DNA of 26,750 nucleotides from Silvanigrellaceae bacterium (GTDB lineage Bacteria; Bdellovibrionota_B; Oligoflexia; Silvanigrellales; Silvanigrellaceae): positions 1 through 26,750 of the forward strand of contig JBMSQQ010000048.1 of assembly GCA_049423385.1 (NCBI GenBank), read 5' to 3'. A program made the position numbers and the translations under genes. The notes beneath the pieces were generated by a model. That model worked only from the letters and a program-made list of their open reading frames with translations. It was not told the DNA's origin and searched no databases. This document shows positions 9,385 through 16,835 of this stretch, in pieces (the stretch's first letter is position 1; the number at the start of each line of letters is the position of its first letter).

Positions 9385-10005
9385 ATGAAAGCGTTGTGGA
9401 TTCTCAAATCGGTTTTGTTGGCAACCTGCCTTTGGGCGGCAGGACCTGCTTTTGGTTATGAACTTACCCACGATTATTACAACCGCTTCCGCAGTCCGTA
9501 CAAATACAATCTGTATTTGTCGCAACAGGTGAGCGCTGCACAGTCGGACGTTGCACTGGACAATTCACCAAGCAGTCAACGCTTGGCAGGGAATGGTCTT
9601 CAGTTGTCTGCCGGCATGGAACATTTCCGGTTCATCCAGACGGGCGGATTTTTTTCGACAACCCAACTGCAGGGTACGGAAAATTCACGCAATGAACTCC
9701 GCTTAGTGGACTCCGGAGTTGATCTAAAAATGGTGATGAGCACTCCCGTGAGCAACGTGATTGTTGGCGGTGCGGCTGTTTATTCTCGCGCCAATCTCGA
9801 TGTTGATGGAGAGCGACTTGCCCTCAATGGAGCTGGATACCGCGGTCTTTTTGAGCTGAGTTATTTCGCATCCACGCAGGTCAGCCTTTTTCTGAGTGCC
9901 AGCCACACTGTCACCAGCTACAGCGGAAAGAATGGCAAGGGCGATGCGATCAAGCCGGTGGCAAGAACCTCTCGGGTTGGTGCAGGTTTGACAGTTTGGC
10001 TCTGA
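9385..10005 (+). CDS. Putative small outer-membrane beta-barrel protein
   Basis: Signal peptide (AFG|Y), alternating amphipathic strands, and a C-terminal RVGAGLTVWL beta-signal-like end. GAGG precedes ATG 9385. Confidence 0.6.
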   Translation: MKALWILKSVLLATCLWAAGPAFGYELTHDYYNRFRSPYKYNLYLSQQVSAAQSDVALDNSPSSQRLAGNGLQLSAGMEHFRFIQTGGFFSTTQLQGTENSRNELRLVDSGVDLKMVMSTPVSNVIVGGAAVYSRANLDVDGERLALNGAGYRGLFELSYFASTQVSLFLSASHTVTSYSGKNGKGDAIKPVARTSRVGAGLTVWL

Positions 10006-10059
10006 ACCGGCACGCTTCTCAGCAAATCCTTTGCAGGATAAGTTGAGGAGCACAGTTGA

Positions 10060-11238
10060 ATGGCCTTCTGTTGGAAGTCAGCTTTTTCTGGTGCAATGGG
10101 TGGACTGGTTGCAAGCCTTGCAATCTGGTCCACTCTGCATTTTCAAGACACACAACGTGAGCGGACACCGCTTTCGCAGGCCGAACAGGATGCATCGTTG
10201 AGGTCTGCACCCCTGTTCGTCCACAAGGGGCAAACCGTTTCGTCAGCGCAATTGTCGAGTGAGCTCAGGCTTCAATTCGAGCGCGCAACCTCGGTTCGAA
10301 GTCAGTCGATGCGCGACGCAGAACTTCAGTTTTACAAGGAAGTCGACAAGATTTCCCGATTGCACATTCTCGAGAAAGAGCTTGCGGCGGGTTCAAATTC
10401 AAAATCGAATTCAAATGCAGATTCCAAAGTTCTGGCAGACCGCGAGGCTGAACTCCTCCCCCGCGAGGAAGCCTCGATCGAGGATGCCAGAGGCCTCTAT
10501 GAGGCGAGCGATCCGTCTGCTCCACGTGAAGGTTTTGCGCCGGTCAAAAATCAATTGATAGGATATCTGAATGAGGTTCGTCGCAGGGAGGCATTGGAAA
10601 CCTGGACAAATGGACTTCGCGACAAGGGCGAGTGGAAGATGCTTTTGAGTCGTCCGTTTCCCTTGCCCGAATTGTCCTCGCTGAATCTCCTTGGTCTTCC
10701 GAAGGATGGCAAAGGTCATCCGAATGCACTGGTGTTTGTGGATTACCTTTGCAACAACTGTTCCCAGTTTCTGGTTGAGTTTGCCAAGCGCGTCGAAGAC
10801 TATCGAGGAGAGTTGCAGCCCGTCTACATTCCATTTCCTTATACCAAGCCGGAACGCTCGATGGCTCTGGCTCGAGGTGCACTGTGTGCGCAGCAATTGG
10901 GAGAGTTCTCATCCTTTCACATGGCGGCGCTCACCAAGGGCGAGCTCCTCTCCGAAGTTTCGGTTTTCGACATCGCCCGGCAGTCAGAAGTTCGTATGGG
11001 AGAATTCAAGGCTTGCTATCGGTCGGGTGAAGGACTTGCAGAACTGCTGGGCCGTGCCCAAGGCTTGGCCCGTAACTTTGGCTTGATGCAAACACCGGCG
11101 ATTGTTTATCAGGGCCAATTGCTTGAGGGTTCCAAAATTATTGAAAATTTCGACGCCCTTCTGAAAAGCGCGCCACCCCAGGGTCAGTTGACAAAACGTG
11201 GCGATGAAAATAAACGTCGAGGTCCTTCGCAGCCGTAG
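10060..11238 (+). CDS. Membrane-anchored DsbA-like thioredoxin-fold protein with helical SurA-N-like N-terminal region
   Basis: FVDYLCNNC (CxxC), ARGALCAQQLGEF, FKACY and the QTP cis-Pro loop. N-terminal hydrophobic anchor. GAGGAG RBS. Confidence 0.8.
   Translation: MAFCWKSAFSGAMGGLVASLAIWSTLHFQDTQRERTPLSQAEQDASLRSAPLFVHKGQTVSSAQLSSELRLQFERATSVRSQSMRDAELQFYKEVDKISRLHILEKELAAGSNSKSNSNADSKVLADREAELLPREEASIEDARGLYEASDPSAPREGFAPVKNQLIGYLNEVRRREALETWTNGLRDKGEWKMLLSRPFPLPELSSLNLLGLPKDGKGHPNALVFVDYLCNNCSQFLVEFAKRVEDYRGELQPVYIPFPYTKPERSMALARGALCAQQLGEFSSFHMAALTKGELLSEVSVFDIARQSEVRMGEFKACYRSGEGLAELLGRAQGLARNFGLMQTPAIVYQGQLLEGSKIIENFDALLKSAPPQGQLTKRGDENKRRGPSQP
11188..11216 (+). promoter_or_regulatory. 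Candidate sigma70 promoter for tRNA-Val, embedded in the DsbA-like 3' end
   Basis: Perfect TTGACA at 11188-11193, 17-nt spacer, weak -10 TAAACG at 11211-11216. The tRNA begins 13 nt downstream. Confidence 0.45.
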
Positions 11239-11305
11239 CTCAGTTGGTTAGAGCACTGCCTTCACACGGCAGGGGTCCGGGGTTCGAGTCCCTGCGGCTG
11301 CACCA
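11229..11305 (+). tRNA. tRNA-Val (anticodon CAC)
   Basis: Acceptor stem GCAGCCG/CGGCTGC, D-arm GCTC..GAGC with TGG, anticodon stem CTGCC/GGCAG with loop TTCACAC, T-loop TTCGAGT, discriminator A and encoded CCA. 77 nt. Confidence 0.97.
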
Positions 11306-12368
11306 TTCTTGCGCAAATCGCGTAGACCACCGTTGAAAACGGCATCCGTAGATTCCTTCCAATATCCAAGTGCGTTCGTGAGGACTCGGTTTTCAGCCGT
11401 GACTGTTCAAATTCAACAAGATCTTTTTTCACCAGGGCAATCTGTTCCGCTTCGTTGAAATTCAACCAGCGGGACGTCAGTGCATCACGCTCCTTGCTTG
11501 TCATCGATTCACTCTGCACATGAAGTTCTTTCCACTCCGCCCGGATGGCATCAAGTTCTCGGGCGAACTTGCTTTGCCTGGTTTTTTCTCGATCCGGGGG
11601 CATTGGGCCTGTTTCAAGCAGCAGTTGGTGAATGTGGCATCGCTCGTGCGCGAGGAGAGCCAATTGTTCAGCGCCGGTCATTTGGGTTCGCGAATCCTGA
11701 GGCCAACCAAGATAAACGAAGTGCTTGTCTTTGCTTCCTTGTGTGGCGAGGCTCCAGGACATCGGCGTCGACAGCGGCGGAGGCAGGGCCACGAGCACAA
11801 TTCGATCGGATGACTCCGCATCAGAGGAAAAACATTCCGCAATGCGGGTCGCGACATCCTCAAGTGGCAGCCAATTGTTTTCCGGTTGTTGCGGTGCAGC
11901 GGAAAGATGTCTTTTTGTTGGCATCGCTCTGGCTTTTTCAATCACTTCCTTGACCCTGGACTCACATTCGACAGGAAGTCCAACGGTTTTTCGCAACAGC
12001 TGTTGGATGAATTCATCATTCGACAAATTATCCTCAACCTTTCCGATGACGCGATGAACCGTGTCGTAGAATTCTTGCAAATTGTACCTGGCATCATAAC
12101 CAGGCAAATCACAATGCCGCATCCATGCGTGCTGGATCGTTTCAAGATCCCCGGTGGGTTGAGCTTGGAAAATCCTTTCGCGCAGCCAGGAAAGGGTTGA
12201 GGAAGAGGGTGCCAAGCCACACATGGAAAGTGACCATGCAAGTTGCCAGAGCAAAAAGGTCGAATCGGTGAAGTTGAACAAGCCATCCGTGTGGTTGATG
12301 CTCCCTGCGCTGGAAGCAATTTCGTCCAATTGTGTGGCAATCGTTTTGAATGCAACGGGAGTTGGCAT
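11262..12368 (-). CDS. Hypothetical protein with HExxH motif (putative zincin metallopeptidase)
   Basis: 368-aa ORF with AGGAG upstream. LLAHERCHIH at about 11634-11648, followed by FARELDA (candidate third-ligand Glu). The stop codon lies inside the tRNA. Confidence 0.6.
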   Translation of the reverse strand: MPTPVAFKTIATQLDEIASSAGSINHTDGLFNFTDSTFLLWQLAWSLSMCGLAPSSSTLSWLRERIFQAQPTGDLETIQHAWMRHCDLPGYDARYNLQEFYDTVHRVIGKVEDNLSNDEFIQQLLRKTVGLPVECESRVKEVIEKARAMPTKRHLSAAPQQPENNWLPLEDVATRIAECFSSDAESSDRIVLVALPPPLSTPMSWSLATQGSKDKHFVYLGWPQDSRTQMTGAEQLALLAHERCHIHQLLLETGPMPPDREKTRQSKFARELDAIRAEWKELHVQSESMTSKERDALTSRWLNFNEAEQIALVKKDLVEFEQSRLKTESSRTHLDIGRNLRMPFSTVVYAICARMVQPQGLEPRTPAV

Positions 12369-12453
12369 GTTCTCTGGATGCTCCTTCCGCTTCGGGGCAG
12401 TGATTGTGCGTTCAACGCCCGATGATCGGTGGGCAAAAAACAGGGGGCTGATT

Positions 12454-12482
12454 TTGACCAGTCAACCCGACGGGATTAAGCT
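12454..12482 (+). promoter_or_regulatory. Putative sigma70 promoter TTGACC-N17-TAAGCT, -35 within palindrome TTGAC-CA-GTCAA
   Basis: Read directly at 12454-12459 and 12477-12482, about 40 nt upstream of the lipoprotein ATG 12525. Confidence 0.5.
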
Positions 12483-12524
12483 CGCACAACTATAGTTTCG
12501 CAAATTCAGGAGATTTGAACAATC

Positions 12525-12923
12525 ATGACGGCAAGGATGTGTCTTTTTCTTTCGACCTTTTTCCTTGCAGGCACGTTTTTGTTTGGCTGCAGCAAATCGG
12601 AAGGTGCTGCGGAGATTGTGGCACCGGCGGCACTTGCGAGCTGTTTCTATGAGGCATCCAACCAATGCTATGAATACCATTCAGCCGCCGTGCTTGATTC
12701 GGAGAAACCTTTTTGTGCCTTGGGCAATGGCACGTGGAAGGATTCTTCGGGATGTAAAGCGGCAGGCAAGGTCAAGGGTTGCCAGGTGAACGCGGGTGGA
12801 GCGAAAGCAATGGTTTTTTGGACCTATGATGCCACCGATGGACCCGCTGCAGTTGATTATTTTTGCGACCCTGCTTCCGACGTTCGGGTGAGCGGCGCGA
12901 CCAAAACAATTGTCGTTCCTTGA
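12525..12923 (+). CDS. Small cysteine-rich lipoprotein
   Basis: Lipobox FLFG-C. Six Cys in the mature part (SCF, QCYEY, FCALG, SGCK, KGCQ, YFCD). AGGAG RBS. Ends 3 nt before the ABC gene. Confidence 0.8.
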   Translation: MTARMCLFLSTFFLAGTFLFGCSKSEGAAEIVAPAALASCFYEASNQCYEYHSAAVLDSEKPFCALGNGTWKDSSGCKAAGKVKGCQVNAGGAKAMVFWTYDATDGPAAVDYFCDPASDVRVSGATKTIVVP

Positions 12924-12926
12924 ATC

Positions 12927-14981
12927 ATGAAAACTCTTCGCAGAATTCTTCATCTGCCTGATTCCATGGGTTTTGCCCGGGCCATGTGGGAGCGTTTCGC
13001 TTTTTCCGACATCAATCCCTTGATGAACCAGCTCAGAGGCCGTTCGGCTGAGCTTGAAGATGTCGAAAAACTCATTTGGATTCGAAGATTTGAGAACGAC
13101 CTTCACGATTATCGCGAACAAATGGAGCCTGTGCTGCCGGCGCTGCGCGCGTCGGTCATGCAGACGATCGCCAGGGCAGAACGTGTTTCCTTGTGGAAGA
13201 TGTTTATCATTCATTTGATTGACGTGGCCTTTTCGATTGTCGCGGCTTTGTTGGCGATTCGAATTTTGAGGATTTTTGAGGAAGAGGCGTCCGGTTCTGC
13301 GACATCCGAGAAAATCGGCTTGAGCCTGCTTTTTGCACTCGGAGTTTTCGTCCTGAATATTTTTGCTGCGAGTCTTCATGCACAAAAAATTGATCGTGAA
13401 ACATTGGTTGTTTTTCGAGTGCAGGCTTACCTGACGCGTTGGTTGAATGAGTTTGTTCTCAAGATGTCGCGCAACTCACGGGCAAAATTTTCGACGTCCG
13501 ATATTGTCAATCTTGCCCAGACCGACAGTCGGCATATTGCCGAGTTTTATGCGCACGCCGGTGTTGATTTCCCGGTTTTGTTCGTCAGCTCCACCGTGAT
13601 TGTTCTCATCATGTGGTCGTATGTGGGCCCTGCTGCATTTGTCGCGCTTGCCATTTTGATGGCGCAGATTCCCGTGTCGATGTTTTTTTCGTGGCTGGGG
13701 AGACGCTTTCATCATGAGCTGATGCGGCGTAGCGATCATCGATTGTCGCTGGTCACGGAATGGATCCAGGCTGCCCGGCTGGTCAGATATTTTGGATGGT
13801 CGCAAAAATTTGTTTCCGACATTGCCGCTGCGGCACGCAGGGAGTTTCGTCAGGATCTCAAAATCAAGGCGCACTACAGTTCATCATTTGCTCTTTCAAC
13901 ATCCTGGTGGATGCTGGTGGCACTTGGTGTGTTTGCAGGGTTTCTTTGGTTTCACAGTGGTCACTCTGCAAGCCAGGTGTTTGCTGCCATCTGGCTTTCA
14001 TCCATCTTGGGCCAGCAGCTCAATCCGTTGCCCTGGTTCGTGAGGATTTGGTCCGAGGCAGTCGTTGGCAGCGAAAGGCTTTCGCGTGTCTTCAAGGAGC
14101 AATTGCAATCCGAACAGTTTGCCGAACGCGGATTTTCGCGGCCAGTCGATTGTCGATGGTCGCCAGAAAACGTGCTGTCAGCCAGAAATATTTCCTTTAT
14201 CCTTGAAGACGTTTGGGTTGAGTGGCCGGATGTTGCGCAACCCGCGCTCAAGAACGTGTCGATCAACATTCCTGCGGGCGGTTTGACTGCGATCGTTGGA
14301 CCTGTGGGTGCCGGAAAATCTGTCCTTCTTCAGACCCTCATGGGCGAAATCACACCAACCCGTGGTCGGGTGAATTTGTCGGCAGAAGTCGAATTGAAAG
14401 ATGGCAAGGTCGAGAAGATTTTTTGGCCCGTCCATTGCATAGAGTCGCTTGAATTGCTGCGACGTTGGCAAACCTTCGTTCCTCAGGAGGCGTTTGTTGC
14501 AGCGGCATCGGTGCGTGAAAATGTTCCTTTGCGGTATTTTTCCGACGGCGAATGGAACCAAGACCTCGATGCAAGAGTCATGCAAGCTCTGGAGCGCGCG
14601 CAGCTCGCGATTGATGTCAATGATCTTCCGTCTGGTCTGTCCACCGAACTTGGCGAGCGTGGCGTCAATCTGTCGGGTGGTCAAAAACAAAGATTGAGTC
14701 TGGCACGTGCCGAATTTGCTGAGCGGCAGCTGATTTTGTTGGACGATCCGCTGAGCGCTGTCGACACCCAGACGGAAGACAAGTTGTTTGAGGAACTTTT
14801 AAAGGGGTGCTGGACATCGCCCAAAACCCTTGTCTGGGCGACCCATCGTCTCAACCATCTCCGGCACGCAGAATTGATTGTGGTTTTGGATGGAGGAGAA
14901 ATTGTTGAACAGGGAAGTTGGCAGGAACTCAACCGCAGCGGAACAAGATTGACAAGAATTCTCGTGCGGGGTGAGCAATGA
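12927..14981 (+). CDS. ABC exporter, ABCC/MRP-like N-terminal half (TMD1-NBD1)
   Basis: Multiple TM helices. Walker A GPVGAGKS, ELGERGVNLSGGQKQRLSLARA, Walker B ILLDDPLSAVD (Asp in place of the catalytic Glu), THRL. Confidence 0.92.
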   Translation: MKTLRRILHLPDSMGFARAMWERFAFSDINPLMNQLRGRSAELEDVEKLIWIRRFENDLHDYREQMEPVLPALRASVMQTIARAERVSLWKMFIIHLIDVAFSIVAALLAIRILRIFEEEASGSATSEKIGLSLLFALGVFVLNIFAASLHAQKIDRETLVVFRVQAYLTRWLNEFVLKMSRNSRAKFSTSDIVNLAQTDSRHIAEFYAHAGVDFPVLFVSSTVIVLIMWSYVGPAAFVALAILMAQIPVSMFFSWLGRRFHHELMRRSDHRLSLVTEWIQAARLVRYFGWSQKFVSDIAAAARREFRQDLKIKAHYSSSFALSTSWWMLVALGVFAGFLWFHSGHSASQVFAAIWLSSILGQQLNPLPWFVRIWSEAVVGSERLSRVFKEQLQSEQFAERGFSRPVDCRWSPENVLSARNISFILEDVWVEWPDVAQPALKNVSINIPAGGLTAIVGPVGAGKSVLLQTLMGEITPTRGRVNLSAEVELKDGKVEKIFWPVHCIESLELLRRWQTFVPQEAFVAAASVRENVPLRYFSDGEWNQDLDARVMQALERAQLAIDVNDLPSGLSTELGERGVNLSGGQKQRLSLARAEFAERQLILLDDPLSAVDTQTEDKLFEELLKGCWTSPKTLVWATHRLNHLRHAELIVVLDGGEIVEQGSWQELNRSGTRLTRILVRGEQ

Positions 14982-16813
14982 CGCAAGTCGCCCAGCGTGG
15001 CTTTATAGCCGAAGAAAAGCGCGGAACAGGTGGCATTGGGGTTGGCTTTTATACCCGTTATCTATCTTCGATTCAGGGTATTCTCTGGATGGCCCCCATT
15101 CTTTTGTTTCTCATCATCACCGAGAACTTTTTTGCCAATGGCTTTCGATGGCTTGTTTCCTTGTGGGTCGAGAAGTGCAGTGGAGCGGCTTGTGCCGGTG
15201 CCGGTGGGATTGAATCCCAATTGAGGATGTTCTTTGCCAACAGCTCGCCGCAACGCGGGCTTTCTGCACTGATGTTTTTTATTCTTTTTGCGGTTTTTTA
15301 TCGAGCCCTGACGTGGACTGTCGTGACCGGCTTTCTTGCCAGGGGTGGGCGAGCGCTGCACGATCGGGTTGTTGAAAACCTTTCGAATGTGCCTGTGACA
15401 TTCTACGATGAAAATCCCACAGGTCGCATTGTTCGACGTTTCAGTGGTGACTATGCAAACCTTCTCGTTCAGATCCCGAATTACATCAATGATATTTTTG
15501 GATGCATTGCGGAAATTCTCTGGATCTTTGTTCTCGTCGGCTTCAATTCGCCGGCAGCATGTCTTTCGTGTGTTCCCTGCTGGATGGTATATTTTCGGGT
15601 TCAGAATCTTTTTCGTCCTGCAAGTCGAGAGATTCAACGCTTGAGCAAAGTACTTGAAACACCTTTCTGGTCGGTGTTCACTGAGTGTGTTGCAGGGATG
15701 CAGACCATCCGAAGTTATGGCCGAATCGGAGAATTCCAGGCCCGACTGCAGTTTCTTCAGAGCCGATATGGCCTGGCATTTCTGGCCCAGAACCGCATGA
15801 CCCGCTGGCTCAATGTTCGCCTGAAAATGACTTCAGAGCTGTTTGGACTGGTCGTCACGGTTTTTGTGATTTGGGCGTTGGTTGAAGGACGCATGGGCGT
15901 TGGCGTTGCGGGTTTCCTGATGAGCCTTTCGATAGGTCTCGACAGCACCATGCAGTGGCTCACCCGAAGTTTTTCGATGATTGAATCCACGATGGTTTCG
16001 TTGGAGCGGATTCTCGAATACCGACAGCTGCCGCACGAAAGGATCACCGCATTGCAGCAAAGTCCCGAAGGGCAAGACGGTTCCAGCGGCTCTGAAATCG
16101 TCTTCGATTGCTATTCTGCGCGCTATCGGTCCTCGCTTCCTTCGGTGTTGTCCGATGTTTCCGTGACAATTCGAGCGGGAACCCGAGTCGGAATCATTGG
16201 TCGCACCGGAGCAGGAAAATCGACACTTTTCCAGGCACTTTATCAGATGGTGCATGCGGATGGTGGGCAAATTTCCGTGGGCGGACGCCGTATCGATTCC
16301 ATGCCGCTGGCGGAAGCCCGCAAGCTTTTCGCCATTGTCCCACAGGAACCACACCTTTTTGCCGGGACCTTGCGACACAACCTGGATCGATTGGGAACGC
16401 AATCAGACGCTCGCCTTTGGGAAGTTCTGAAAGCGGTGCGATTGGCCGATTTCGTCGCGACAAACTTGCCGTCTGGACTCGACACTCATGTGCTCGAGCG
16501 AGGTGCAAACTTGTCGGTCGGCCAGCGGCAGTTGCTCTGCTTTGCCCGAGCCTTGTTGCTGGATGCGCCAATTGTCCTCATGGACGAACCCACCGCGAGT
16601 GTCGATCTTGAGACGGATGCGCTTATTCAAATAGCCGTCAAGGAACTCTTTCGCAGCAAGACGGTCCTCATAATTGCCCATCGGCTTGAAACAGTACAAG
16701 ATTGTCAGCAGGTCTTGGTGATGGACCAAGGGCGACTCGTGGCCCAGGGCACTCCGGCTACGATTTTGCCGCAGTGGTTGTCGTCTGGAAATTCCGAGTC
16801 TCTGTTGGCTTGA
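14978..16813 (+). CDS. ABC exporter, ABCC/MRP-like C-terminal half (TMD2-NBD2)
   Basis: EEKRGTGGI..FYTRY start, FYDENPTGRIVRRFSGD, SREIQRL, SLERILEY, GRTGAGKS, VPQEPHLFAGTLR.NLD, GANLSVGQRQLLCFARA, MDEPTASVD, IAHRL. ATGA overlap with the upstream gene. Confidence 0.93.
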   Translation: MTQVAQRGFIAEEKRGTGGIGVGFYTRYLSSIQGILWMAPILLFLIITENFFANGFRWLVSLWVEKCSGAACAGAGGIESQLRMFFANSSPQRGLSALMFFILFAVFYRALTWTVVTGFLARGGRALHDRVVENLSNVPVTFYDENPTGRIVRRFSGDYANLLVQIPNYINDIFGCIAEILWIFVLVGFNSPAACLSCVPCWMVYFRVQNLFRPASREIQRLSKVLETPFWSVFTECVAGMQTIRSYGRIGEFQARLQFLQSRYGLAFLAQNRMTRWLNVRLKMTSELFGLVVTVFVIWALVEGRMGVGVAGFLMSLSIGLDSTMQWLTRSFSMIESTMVSLERILEYRQLPHERITALQQSPEGQDGSSGSEIVFDCYSARYRSSLPSVLSDVSVTIRAGTRVGIIGRTGAGKSTLFQALYQMVHADGGQISVGGRRIDSMPLAEARKLFAIVPQEPHLFAGTLRHNLDRLGTQSDARLWEVLKAVRLADFVATNLPSGLDTHVLERGANLSVGQRQLLCFARALLLDAPIVLMDEPTASVDLETDALIQIAVKELFRSKTVLIIAHRLETVQDCQQVLVMDQGRLVAQGTPATILPQWLSSGNSESLLA

Positions 16814-16835
16814 AAATTCGCATTTGGAGTCGAGA

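Noticed and set aside
10007..10025. Second sigma54-like box CGGCACGCTTCTCAGC before the DsbA-like gene
   Set aside because: GG-to-GC spacing is 11 nt, not the required 10.
12417..12440. Hairpin GCCC..GGGC plus A-run as a terminator or c-di-GMP riboswitch
   Set aside because: The U-run is on the wrong side for either strand, the region is divergent, and the GEMM consensus is absent.
11229..16813. Genomic island integrated at tRNA-Val
   Set aside because: No integrase, no duplicated tRNA 3' end seen in the window, and no obvious compositional shift.
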